From Raillietiella orientalis (taxonomy: Eukaryota), in NCBI GenBank assembly GCA_036172245.1, contig JAYWIR010000064.1:186001-250000 (forward strand): a stretch of DNA of 64,000 nt, written 5' to 3'. The notes under the pieces are model-generated. The model had not been told where the DNA came from and ran no database searches. It saw nothing but the letters and a program-made list of their open reading frames with translations. The position numbers were made by a program, and so were the translations under genes. Shown one piece after another: positions 24,880 to 35,749 of this stretch. Every line of letters begins with the position of its first letter. The stretch's first letter is position 1.

Positions 24880-26250
24880 GTATTTTCTAGTGATGACATT
24901 GCGGAGGATGTCGGCGCAGGAGCTCTGGTGAGAGAGCCTGGGGAGGCTCTCACACCGAAGAAGGTCAGGGATAGAGACTGCGTGGTTGAGTCTCGGCACG
25001 TGGCACCACTGGGCGCTGTGGGTTCGAATACTCGGAAAGAATCAGATGGGTGGGGGGGGGGGCGTCGTGGGTTCGAGTTCCTCCCGTGAGATGACGCTGG
25101 TCCGCCTGCATTCATTAGGGTGAGGACTGGTAGCGGTTCAAACCAGATGCCTTCGATGAGTGGCCGGGATTGGGAGCCGACCTCCGGGTCCTTCTAGGAA
25201 GCAGAATTAACCAGTGGGGAGTTCCCCTCTGGTTGTATAAAGGAGCGGACACCCCTCTCAGGGGAACTTCCGTGTCGTACCATGGAGCCAGCTCCATGTG
25301 ATACCTCTCCAGAGAGTGCAGAGAAGAGCGCCCCTCCCTTTGGGGAGCACCTTTCTGGGAAAATTCGGAAGCGTCCCTTCGGGGTTCTCATCAGAGGAAG
25401 AGAAGACAGGGAGCGGTTCCCTTGTGGGTTCCTTTCAGAGAAAAAAAAATCGAGCGATCCCCTCCGGGTTCCCTCTGCAGAGAACAAGGAAGAAATTTCT
25501 CTTCGGAGACAACCAGGGTAGAGGGTTCCCTTCGGGGTTCCCACCAGGAGTAAGAGAAGGAAGGACTCCTTCCTCCAGAGCGTTCCTGGATTCACAGGGT
25601 GGTCTCTCCAGGGTTGCCTCCCATAAATTGAAGAGTTGTAGCACCCTCGGGTGGCACGGGCAGCGTCAAAGAGCTTCGTGAGCTGCGAGGTGAACGGTTC
25701 TTCGGCACATGAAGAACCGGAGAGAAAAAAAAGGTCGGGTGAGGTCGACGGAGCAGTCGAAGGCCTTCCTAGGCAGAGTGAGATGGAGAGACCTCTGGAA
25801 CGGAATTCACCCATGGCTCGAATCGATCGGTTGTGACCACTCGGATGAAGCCCCCTGGGGATCGACTCCAATAGATGCCCTTCCGGAAAGCTCATCCGGT
25901 GGTCCACTGCACCCGTGCAAGAGGTAGTGCAGAGGCGAGTGGATCTACGTCTTTCCGGGAATCCAAGCCTGCGAAGCCGAACGGGGATCAGTAATAGGAG
26001 GCAGCGTAAGGGGGGGGAGATTGCGTAAACGTCCGTAACAGAGGCGTAGGTCAAACAGAGGTGCGCTCTGGCGCGCGGCAAAAGGCGGGATCTCTTCATT
26101 TTGTTGTACGGTGGTCGGGGAGGCAGGGAGATGCAGATGGGTCCCCTCACCCGGTCACGCCGTGGCGTTTCCTTATCAAAGGCCACGTCCCGGCGAATCC
26201 AGAGAAAAAATCTCGGGCGGGTTCTAGCGAGATCCATGATGGGAACGGAG
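24880..26250 (-). mobile_element. Ty3/gypsy RT remnant split by the SINE-like insertion
   Basis: SFPEGHLLESIPRGLHPSG..IRAM (cf. FLGH.IS..GI.PD..K..AI) at ~25800-25900 resumes beyond the insertion as FFGVRASPGSLTRAP (cf. AF..LK..LT.AP) at ~24915-24965. Confidence 0.5.
24971..25730 (+). mobile_element. Long tRNA-headed SINE-like element, full-length copy 1
   Basis: B-box-like motifs at 25021, 25070 and 25135; hairpin-repeat body; 9-bp terminal stem CGGTTCTTC/GAAGAACCG at 25695-25719; A-rich tail; candidate TSD AAGGTCAGGG (24961-24970) / AAGGTCGGG (25731-25739); homologous to 28852-29577 and 54385-55142. Confidence 0.75.
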
Positions 26251-26299
26251 GGGGAATGGACTTGGAAAAGAGGAAAGAAAAAAAAAAAAGGAAAAAAAA

Positions 26300-27750
26300 A
26301 AGACGAAGCTGGAAGGATGCTGCTGCAGGACAGGAGGAGGGGAGATCGCATTCCGCGCCATTGGGTTCTCCGTACCCTGCGCTGGGTGCCAGCGAGTTCC
26401 TGTTCGTGGCGTCGCTGTGGATCCACTCCGAGACGCGGGTACTGGGCTGAGGAGAGGATGGGCCTCCCTTCTGGGTCCTCTTCCTCCTCGCCCCGCACCT
26501 CGCGGCGATGACACCGCAGGGCGCTGTGACTGCAACAGGCGGCGGCACGGCCCTCCAGCCACAAAGAGGGGCAAATCGCGGCGGCGCTGCCCCTCCGTGA
26601 GTCGGATGGGGGTCCAACATGTCCCCACGATGTCCAGAGGCAACACAGCGGTTCCAGCAGGTGCGGGGAGAATTTCAGTGCCCCGGGCCGGGCACAGTCG
26701 GCAGCACCCAGAGGTTGCAGCGCGCACGTTGCACGGAAGGGGGGGCAGCCTCCAGCGCTCGAGATACGAAGGCGGGAAGCAGGGTGGAGGACTTGACCTT
26801 TTGATGGAAAACGTACAGTTCCGCTGCCATATCGAGCGAGTTCTGCCAGAAGACGAGGAAACTGTCTCTCCGGGTACAACAAGACCGCCAACGGTCTCCC
26901 ACGGATCCTCATTGCGTCTCCGCTTAATGGGCTCCGTTTTTCCGGAGAAGAAACGGAGAAGGAGGGAAAAGATGGAGAGAGTAGAGAGAGAGTCACTGAT
27001 TTTTGAAAGGACTAAGACCCAAAATCGGAAGAGGCCTGGTTCCAACGCACCCCTCATGCGTAGAAAGGACCGACCTTTCTCATCCCTCCAGGAAATAATG
27101 CTTCCTCCTGTTTTGACGGTTGACCCTCCTATGCATCCATTGACTTCCTGCTGGCATGGCGCTGCCCCGTTCCATGTTCAGACAATGGTCCGTGATTTTC
27201 CCTCGGCCCTTTCCAGTGGGATCGTTTCGTTCGGCCTGTGCCTCGGAACGGCGACCTTCCAGCTGCGAAACTTCGGTTCCGAGCAATCCGGGACTCATCC
27301 TTCCTGGCTCCTGAAGGGGTTCCGAGCGGGATCCAGCAGCGAGTTTGGGATCCTCTGAGACTCTCGAGCGATCCGGCACGTCGCCTCGCCCCGGATTCAG
27401 TTGGATCCGCGGTGCCAGCCAGACGGTGACAAGCCTTGCTGCAGCCTGCGGCGGTAACCTCCATGCACGGGAGGTCATTTTCTGATTCTCTCCTTCCACC
27501 TGCCTGAGAACTGCACCGGTGCGCGTCCACGGGAGTCACGGGAAGGAAGCTTCCGGAACGACGGGTTCCTCCTCGTCTCCAGCCGCGCTATCCTCGCTGC
27601 CTGACGCTGGTCTTCGGCCAGTCCGACACCCCCGAGGTTCCCTCACCCTTTCTTGAGGTTCCTCCTTTCCTCTGGAAGCCCGAAGAGCGCGCTCATGCAG
27701 TCCTCGGAAACCGCGACCTCCGAAACCCGGGACGGAACTTGGGCGCTCGT
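26300..27750 (-). mobile_element. Ty3/gypsy integrase remnant (core + GPY/F region)
   Basis: VPDRSRVSEDPK..LLGTEV..EAQAERN (cf. P..IVSDRDP.F..LGT...DGQTER.N); KRRRNEDPWETVGGLV..WQRNCTFSI..WRLP (cf. K.RR...F.VGD.V..W.GPF.I..L.LP). Confidence 0.6.
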
Positions 27751-28099
27751 CCTCGCTTTCGAGCAGCGAGGACGGCGGAGCGGGAAACTCAGTTCAGTCC
27801 GCGGGAACGTCCGACGAAAAGGAAGGTGATCCGGGAACCCGACGCGCGCTTTTCATCCTTCCACGAAAGATGGGGAGGGAAAAGGAGTTCCGTCTGTCCT
27901 CCCCCTCCCCCGCCTTGCGGGCACCTTTTCATCGGGCACTTGGCGCATCTTCGCTGCAGAAGCACAGCCAGTTTCACGACCGATGAAACTGTTGCATCTT
28001 GTCTTCTGCTTCCCTTTCGCAAGCTCACCCCTGTCAGCACTCCCTCCGGTCAGTTTCACAGATGCCGATTCCCTTCATAAAGCGACGTAGATTTTTTAA

Positions 28100-28830
28100 T
28101 CAACAGCGTGCGGACGTTTCTCGAAGTTCCCTTCCCCACGTTCAGCAAACTGTTCCTGGTTTATGAAGTACACGCGATCGAGGTCACACGTGATTTGATG
28201 CTCTCGTCAAGCAGGGAGCGAGTGTCCATCCGTGCTAGAGGAAGAGGATACCGGCTCTTCCTTCACTCGAGCGCATTCAGGGACCGCGTCTTGTCCGACG
28301 ACCATCCCAGAAAACACCCGCGCGTGAGCACACGCGAGCGCGTCTCTGAAGCGAGCGAGGAAGAGCGCGCTCCGGAAGCCGCTGGAAGGAACGAGGGTCG
28401 GGACAGCCATGACACGCACGCCCTGCCCAGGATGATTGGAACGCCGCAGGGGAGGAACGTCTTCCGGAAACCACTTCGTTTTGTTACATCCTTCCGCCTT
28501 TCGACGAGACCGAACTTCGCTATTCCCTTTCTTCGCCTGCGCTACCTGCATCGGTGCACCCGGGAGGGGCACGGAACCCCACCTCCAGGTCTTTCCGGCA
28601 GCTCCTTGTAGACAGGGGGCGGTAGGAAAAGCCTGATGGCGGAGAACCCTTTGGGTCCTCACCAGCGAAAAGACACCGGGCCTCTTTCCCTTTCCCAGCT
28701 CGGAACTCCCCTGAGGCAGTCGCCCGGGTCTGCAGGCCGCACCTGTACTTCGAGGGAGCGAACCCCTCCGAAGACGCACGCCAAGTGGTCAGTGCAGTTC
28801 GTCGGGCGCGCGGCGCGGGGAAACTCATCA
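28100..28830 (+). mobile_element. Ty3/gypsy RT thumb remnant
   Basis: PQGRNVFRKPLRFVTSFRLSTRPNFAIPF (cf. P.....R.FLG...YYR.FIPNFA..A.PL). Confidence 0.45.
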
Positions 28831-28851
28831 TCCGGACAACTCTGTCTTTCT

Positions 28852-29577
28852 TTCTTTCTGGTTCGCGAAGTGCTGAAGAACCGTCCGCCTCCTTAGGAAG
28901 GGGGGCACACGGAGCTCTTCAGCCCAGTCCACGCCACCCGAGGATGCATGTCACTTTTCAAGAGTACGGGAAGGGACCCAGAGGGACCGCCCTGTGAATC
29001 CAGGAAGACTCCAGAAGGAGTCCGTTCCTCTTACTCTTGGTAGGGAGTCCCGAAGGGAATCCTTGTCCTCGTTGTCTTCAAAGAAACCCCGAAGGAATAA
29101 GAGGATAAGAAGATCTTATCCACTTCCTTGTTCTCTCCGGAGGGACCCCATGGAAAGGATTTGCTCCTTGTTTCCTCTCCTGAAGAGAACCTCATAGGGA
29201 CGCTTCCCCATTTATCTGGGAGCAGCACGCTTCCTGACACTCAGGAGAGTCTATTAATCCACCACCTCCATGGTACGAGATTGAGGGTCCTCCTCTCTGA
29301 GGGGGGGACGGCCCCATCTGCATACCGGATGGAAACCCCGAAGGACTCCTTGATTCCTGGATTGGACTCCGGGGCTCCCGGCCAGTCGATGGGGCTTCCA
29401 GCAGTGCTGCACTCCAAGCTTGGAGGCCAGGGGACACATCTTGCAGGGGGAAGAGGGACTCGAACCTACGGTGTACCCATTTCTCTGAGGTCGATTTTTC
29501 CCCGGGCGGGATTCGAACCCACAGCTCTTGGTTCCACGCGCAGAGGGACAGCATCCACGCGGCTGCCGGCATGGTCT
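28852..29577 (-). mobile_element. Long tRNA-headed SINE-like element, full-length copy 2
   Basis: Reverse-complement B-boxes GGGTTCGAATCCC (29508-29520) and GGTTCGAGTCCC (29455-29466); same body; terminal GGTTC..GAACC hairpin at 28860-28882; (GAAA)n tail; candidate TSD CTGTCTTTCT (28842-28851) / CCGTCTTTCT (29579-29588). Confidence 0.75.
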
Positions 29578-30239
29578 CCCGTCTTTCTCGGGATCTCCTC
29601 CATCGGAACGGGCTGGATATACCGGCGGGGCTCGTTGCGTTAGCAGCACGAAGATGGCGCAGCAGGGGGGGGGAAGTCGGCAGGAGACTTCCCGGCTTTC
29701 TGGAGGTAGTCTGGGCGGGCGGGAATCCCGCTACCTCCAGGGGTTTTTTCGTTTCGAGGCATCCGTCTCTGTTTTCTGTATGCTCATGGCAGCTTTCAGC
29801 TGGCTGATTCGGGTTGGACACACAAAAAGGAAGAAGAAGACACAGAAGGAGGAGACACAGACAGGAAGACACAGGGAGAAGGAGAACGCACAAAAGGGAA
29901 GAGAAAAAGAAAAAAAAACGAAATTTCTTTACATGTCGATCTGCACTCCTGGATTTTCACTCCCACCGCCACAAATGTTTGATCCGGCATCCTCAAAGAA
30001 GCGCAAGCTCAAAGAAACTCAAAGCGCGAAGAAACTCAAAGCACCCCCGCCGCGTCCTCGACATGCCCGACTTCGTCCTTGTCTGCCTCTTGGTCACTCC
30101 GCGACCTTTGATTCGAATGGATGAACATGCCATACGCACGGGATACATCCGCACGCGGACTGACAGTGAGGGGAACGGGAAGGGGCGGGGGGTACTCGCC
30201 CCTCATACAAAAAAAAAAATAAAAATAAAATGAATGAGT

Positions 30240-32050
30240 GAATAAATAAAAGCACAGCGAGGATTCGGGATCGCCGGGGGAAAGTGTTTCCGTTTCCGGG
30301 ATTCGGGAGAGAGTGGGAACGGGAGGGCGCAGGGAGGCGTCTGATCCCTTCTCCTACGCATCTTCCTCAGCCTGCCCGATACGCAAGCGGAGACCTCCCT
30401 CGTTTCCGGTGGGAGGTGGCGACCTCTTCCTGCCTCTTCTTCGAGGGGGAGGACGCGCGAAATGCTCTCCCACATCTTCCGCTGCTGCCGCCGCACACGA
30501 TGGTCCCTGTGGACCGGAATTCGAAAGATCCTTGTGGAGGGGAGGATGGTCCCAGAAGCGACTGCCGAAGGGAGTCCTCCGGGAGGAAGAGGGCTGCAGC
30601 GCTGCGCTTCATCCTCAGCCCGGCTCACGCGGCCCGGCAAGCTGCTTGCATATGAAACAAACGCTCATCCACGCGCACAACCCGTGGGGGGGCACGACCT
30701 GGACAAAGACCGACATGCAGCCAAGGGTTCTCCGTACGGAGGGGTCGACGGGGCAACGAGGGATGAAAATAAATGAATGAATGAATGAATATACGTATAC
30801 GGTGGGACCTCGGTACTCGCCGGTGTCGGAACTCATCAAACTCGGTACTCGTCGCACTTTGACGAGAAAAAAAAAGTTTCTACACTCGGCGCATGCTCGG
30901 AACTCGACACCCTACCCTCATGATGAAACAAGTGAACGTTTTCGTCTCATGGTAGCTCGCAAACAGTGCCGAACACTTCCATGGAATGCCTTTCGAAGCG
31001 TTCCTTTTTGTGTGTGCTTTCTGTGCATTTTACTTGTCAATCATGGATCCTAACAAATTCGTTCGGTACTCGTCAGTTTCGGCACTCGTCACGAGTTTCG
31101 GGATTACTTACAGACGAGTACCGAGGTACCACTGTACGTGGTTCGAGGAAACGCCATGTGTGGTTCCAGGGAAAATGAAAAGGGGGGAGGGGCCACCAGG
31201 GTCATTTTCGTAGCCTCCCCGCATCCCAGGCGAGGCCGTCCTTCCGCTCTCTGTACTATGGAGACGACGAAATGGACAGCCAGTGGGTGGCGATTCGCGC
31301 GCCTCCTTCCACGGGCGGTGAGCCACAGCATCTCCAGCGGCCCGGAGGTTGAGGGGGTCCTCGCAGAGCGAAGAACGGCGGCAGAAGCAGCCAATGGTGT
31401 GGGAGTGCTGCCTTCTGGCACTCGACGCGCCATCCGCTGTGGAGGAGCCGTGGTCCAGGAGTAGCGTTGGCCACGCGCGAAACCACTGTGAAGGATGATG
31501 GTCGCCGCCCGCCGTTCCACCGAAGGAGAGGCCCTGCACCTTCCGAGAAGATGGCCGCGGGCGCCACCGCTTCATCCAAGCGGATGACAGGAGAGCCTGG
31601 GCAGCTCTCGTCGCCGCTCATCACCCCGTCTTGTTGGCGAAGAGACAGCTGAGGGTGAGGACGAGAGGCGAAAAAACGAACGACCGAGGATGGGTGTGAC
31701 CTGCCACGTGGTGGCTGGTCACGTTTCTTGAGCACCTCCGCGTAGGGAGAGGAGCTTCAGCTCCGTTGCTACTGCCCGTAACCGTCAGGGAGCTCGCTCC
31801 AATGGGAGGCTCCAGTTCGGTCTGCGTTCTTCGCGCGCGGCGCGCCAGGGCGACAGCGGCGTGTCCAGGCGCTCCACTCTCTCGCGGCTGGCGCGTAGCG
31901 AGCCGTTCCGCCACGGAGCAGCAGCCGTTCCGCAGGTGCACGGGAGCAGGAGGCTGCCCCTTGTGAGTCTGGGAGTCTCCCACCTTGGCGGATCATCCTT
32001 TCGTCCGGCCGGAGACAAAGGTCGGGTCACGCCTGCGCGTGTTAGTCCGA
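30240..32050 (+). mobile_element. Ty3/gypsy RT-RNase H-integrase remnant carrying a MITE
   Basis: RFRWEVATSSCLF..ARNALPHLPLLP (cf. F.W.....AF..LK.AL...P.L..P) before the MITE; VIFVASPH..RFARLLPRAVSHSISSGP (cf. V.TDH..R.ARW...L...I.Y.PG) after it. Confidence 0.5.
30800..31134. mobile_element. Tigger/pogo-like MITE (Tc1/mariner superfamily), 335 bp
   Basis: TIRs CGGTGGGACCTCGGTACTCG (left) and CGAGTACCGAGGTACCACTG (right; reverse complement CAGTGGTACCTCGGTACTCG, 18/20 match); TA on both sides (30798-99, 31135-36); many subterminal CGG(T/A/C)ACTCG repeats. Confidence 0.9.
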
Positions 32051-32749
32051 GTCTTGTGCTCTAGTTATTGCGCCTGGTGGGTGTTACCAGCTGTGTCGTA
32101 TGTCCACGGCACCTCCATCTCGCTGGATCTGGTGCTACGTAACGGGAGGAGAATGGTCTCACCTGGACATTTCTTGGCCCTTCGAGAGCTCCCCGAATGC
32201 CTTAATTTCCAGGAAAACACAAACAAACACAAAAGAACACCTCAAGGTGTGCGTAACCAACCCGTGCAAGTTTGCGCACTCCAGCGATTCGGACACTGAC
32301 TACTTACTCTGACACTCGTTCTTCCGCTCGTCTTGAGCGTTTTTGCTGATCCAGAACGGTTCCCATGCAACCAAACCATTCCGCTACTTTAGGGAATTGG
32401 AAATAAAAGTCGACGGCATGATAGCCGAGTCTAGCGCTTTGCGGTGCCATTAATTTTCTTTCTTTCTTTCTTCCTTCCCAAGGATGCGACTTCTGCGTAC
32501 AGTCTTCACGGATTGCTCGAGAATCCTTGTCAGGATCTCAACAGGAGACAAGTGACCAAGTTCATTTATCTTGACTGCTCCGTGATCAGAATCATCCATT
32601 AAGTTCAGGAACAAACTCTCCCTTTCGTTTCCTTTTTTTTCCCCTTTTTTCTGAAACTTTCCGTTTTCAATTCAGGTTTCAAGTAGCCGTTCCTTCGTAT
32701 GGCTGCGCGCTACATGTAAACATGGCTGCAGTTTTCTGAGGTACCTAAA

Positions 32750-33950
32750 ATGGACCATCTGGCTAATGAGCGTCATCGTAAATGACGGAAGTGTACCAAA
32801 AGCGAAAGCTGCATGTCGGAATCCAAGTTGTCGAGTCAGCAGAGGTCTTTTTTCATGCGAGCTGTGCTTCGCTACGGCCTCCTGAGCATCATCTCCTCTT
32901 AATCTCGGATGTTATTCTGTGTTTCCTCCTTGAAAAAGTGATGAATGTTCTACGTTTTAAGCCACTCGTGCCTAACAAACCCTTTCACGCAAGCGCGCTC
33001 AAGTCTCTCCATTACTGTACCTCTGGCATCATCTATTGAGCGAAAGGAAAACTACAAAACACGCGTGGTGTGGTTGGGTAGGTGTTTTCTCTTGTAGCCT
33101 TGTGGGCAATAGAGCACCATTGCTGCGTTGTTATTTTGTAATACATTGTTAAGCATCAATTGTTCACTTTCTTTCTTAATTTATTACTTTCTGTAAGAGA
33201 GTATATGCCGGGAAAATAGCGCCTCACGTTTCTATTTTTTCCTGATCCTCAAATGAGCATAGGAGATTTTCGTCAGACACACAGAGATCCTTAACCCTGA
33301 TCTGAACGTACCAGATGATTCCTACTGTTCTATTTTCGGAACGTATAGATGAGCAATCTGTGTTTTTGAAATTCCTCCTTTTTTTGCACATAATAATATC
33401 CTGTTTTCAATTCTGGGATAGCTGATCCCTCGTCCACATACGTAGATCAAACCGCGAGTAGTATTAGGAGTTTTCGAGAGAGTGCAGCACTAAGAAAGCA
33501 CTCCGCAAGCTAAAATCGCTTCCCAGCATTCTGCATCAGTTTTGCGAAACACGGGAAATTTGTCTCTATCTCTGATTCCATTATTCGTGCAGAATAGATT
33601 GAACGCGATCGAATGGAATTCTTCTTCCTCCAGACTCGCGAAACCGTGCAGAACTCCGATTTCAAAATGGCGTTCCGAGCGAGTCGTCAAACTGTCTCTG
33701 AGAATGCGGCACATCGGGATTTCGGCAAGTCTGAACGACGTCCGGTTCACTCTTCCCGGGAGAGCGTCGTGATGCGCGCCGACATGTGCGTCCGCTTCGG
33801 ACTTGCAGCTAGACCTACCCAATGGATCTCGGTCCAAGGAGTGCCAAGTCCTTCTTTGGCCCAAGAACGAAATGATGCTCCCCCTCCCACATTCCCGTTG
33901 GTCCATACGTGAGGAGCGAGTGAGTCCTGGGCATCCTGGCCATCCCATCT
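32750..33950 (-). mobile_element. Ty1/copia integrase and RNase H remnant (internally deleted)
   Basis: ASLEEEEFHSIAFNLFCTNNGIR (cf. SD.GGEF.S..F..FC...GI) in ORF 33490..33948; HHFFKEE (cf. HHFIRE) at ~32925-32945. Confidence 0.6.
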
Positions 33951-34750
33951 CTCATTCGGGGCTTTTGCTCCGAATCGTTGTTCTGCTAGCACTGTTGGTA
34001 CAGGATGATCAGAATCCGTTCTCCGACGAAGAGCGATCGCTTCAGCATTTGCCCGCAGGGCGGCGCTCCTCTCTCGAAGATCTCGTCATCCGGGGAATCC
34101 GAGGCTGTTCGGTGGCCCGCGGGCTTCGTTCGGCTCGAAGGCCGCCCGCCGGTGCCCCCGCGACTCTCGTTTCAGGGAACCGGGAGAGGCTTCCCGACAA
34201 TTGCAGTCGCCTTTTCCCGGACTTTGCGACCGAAGTTCCGGACCCCGCCTCGAAGCCAAAAGCCTTTCTGATAGTCTCCGCTCCCAGGTTGCAGCAGAAA
34301 CCTGGATTTTCGGTTCTGCGACGCGTGCGCCACTGCAATCGGAGCCAGGACATCCGCTCTCCCTCGGGAGCTGGACGCCACGAAAGAAGCCCTGGGCAAA
34401 CCGGACGACTCTCCGAGGCTCTGCGTCCGCTAGCGCCGCGCGGGCGAAGCGGAGGGACACACCGCAGGGTGCGACCGCCGCTGCAGGCAGGGAGGATTCA
34501 GGGTCGCGGAGCAGCCTGTGAAGCAGGGAAAAACTTACCCAGCTTGCGGTGACCCACCCATGAACAGTCCCCTCCGGCGATTGGCAGCCACATGTGGCCA
34601 CTCTCCCCTCTTTGCCGACGTGGGGGAGAAGGACGGCGAGGGTGGGGCGTCTCGGTGAGGGGACTTGGAGCGGTGGGATGCTGCAAGCGGCGCTGCGATG
34701 TCAACGGTCCGGAGACTGCACCCCCTCTCCGAGGATACCGAGCGGGTCGT
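33950..34750 (+). mobile_element. Ty3/gypsy RT thumb remnant
   Basis: SRLFPDFATEVPDP..QQKPGFSVLRR (cf. RFIP.FA..A.PL..Q.AF..LK). Confidence 0.45.
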
Positions 34751-34789
34751 GGGGCTACCCATGGCAGCACTGCGAGAAAAGAGTTTCTC

Positions 34790-34930
34790 CGCTCACCCTC
34801 TTTCCTCCTCCTCTTCCTCCCTTCCTCCTTTCCTTATTTCCTCACCCTTCCTCCTGTTTTCTTCCTTTTTTCCTCCCTTCCCCTCTTCCTTCCCCCTTCG
34901 AAAGCGCCTTCTTCTCCATCACCATCCTTT
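34790..34930. repeat. Polypyrimidine (CT-rich) low-complexity tract
   Basis: Directly visible. Confidence 0.9.
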
Positions 34931-35749
34931 GAGCGCCGTTCCCTCTGCTCTTCGGACCAAAACTGGGAAGGTAAAGACGACGATATTCTGGAGGATTTCG
35001 GTCCTATCGGGAGAAACGAAGAACACTGGAGGCTCCCCAGGGAATGCGTCCAAAGCAGGGAGCTTTCCTCTGACGCCTATGGCTCCCCGTCGGTCGGGCC
35101 AGTAGGAAGCCGGTGACGCCCTCAGGGAAAAAGGAAGGAAGTTGTTTTTCTGTTCTTTCCTCCGGAAGCAGCTGCGGGATAGGGATGTAGGAGGGATGGC
35201 ACGCGACCCAGTGTGCCGGCTGAGGCGGCGCTTGCATTGGAAACGATCGTGAGAGGCGTGCAAGGTCGCAGTGATCTGCGCTCTGATTCCGTCGCCCTTG
35301 GAAACGTCCAGGAGGTAGCCGCTCTATTCAGAAGGTCGGGTAGCGGGCAAAATGGAATGGGGGAGGGACGATGGTCACGCGAGAAGGGTGTGGGGGATTC
35401 GATGCAGGGCGATTTTCTCTGTTCTGGAGAACGCCTGCTGCTGCAACGACGGGGATTCGCTCCGTCCCGCATGCGGTCAGCCCTCCATCTCTCGGGAGGA
35501 ACTCGAACTTCCTCTTCCCTACGCGTCTCCCGGACGGCCCATGAATACGCAAAATGAGAGAACCCAGCGTCTTAGGATTCCTGGGCTCCTCTTTTCCATC
35601 CCTCTTTCCCCCGGTTCCGATGACCAGAGGCCTCCGCAACCACCTGCTCTTTGGCCTTCTCCCGGAACCATGAAGGTCGTGCATATCTCCACTCTCTGCG
35701 ATGCTGGACCCCTCCTAGAACCAAACCGAACAAAGAGGTACCACGCCTC

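Noticed and set aside
25365..25395. Hammerhead-like CTGATGAG-AACCC-CGAA-GGGAC on the antisense of the SINE body
   Set aside because: The required GAAA after stem II is GCTT or GCCC in all three copies, and I could not find stems I and III.
25327..25560. CRISPR-like hairpin repeat array
   Set aside because: The repeats are degenerate, the linkers are short similar purine tracts rather than unique spacers, there are no cas genes, and the context is eukaryotic TE.
25194..26996. 600-aa minus-strand ORF, the longest in the track
   Set aside because: It runs across an integrase ghost, a homopolymer tract, an RT ghost and the antisense of the SINE. It is R/P/S-rich with no coherent domain, consistent with a chance open frame in GC-rich DNA.
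26417..27358. 313-aa plus-strand ORF with SFGLCLGTATFQ (RT-like)
   Set aside because: An isolated look-alike; the opposite strand carries a longer ordered set of integrase motifs.
29455..29575. Possible tRNA gene (GGTTCGAATCCC)
   Set aside because: I could not build a cloverleaf or acceptor stem. The B-boxes are tandem and embedded in a dispersed repeat, which fits a SINE head.
24971..29577. LTR pair or DIRS inverted termini around the internal pol fragments
   Set aside because: Each copy has its own A-rich tail and candidate TSD, there are no TG..CA ends, and a third free copy exists at 54385.
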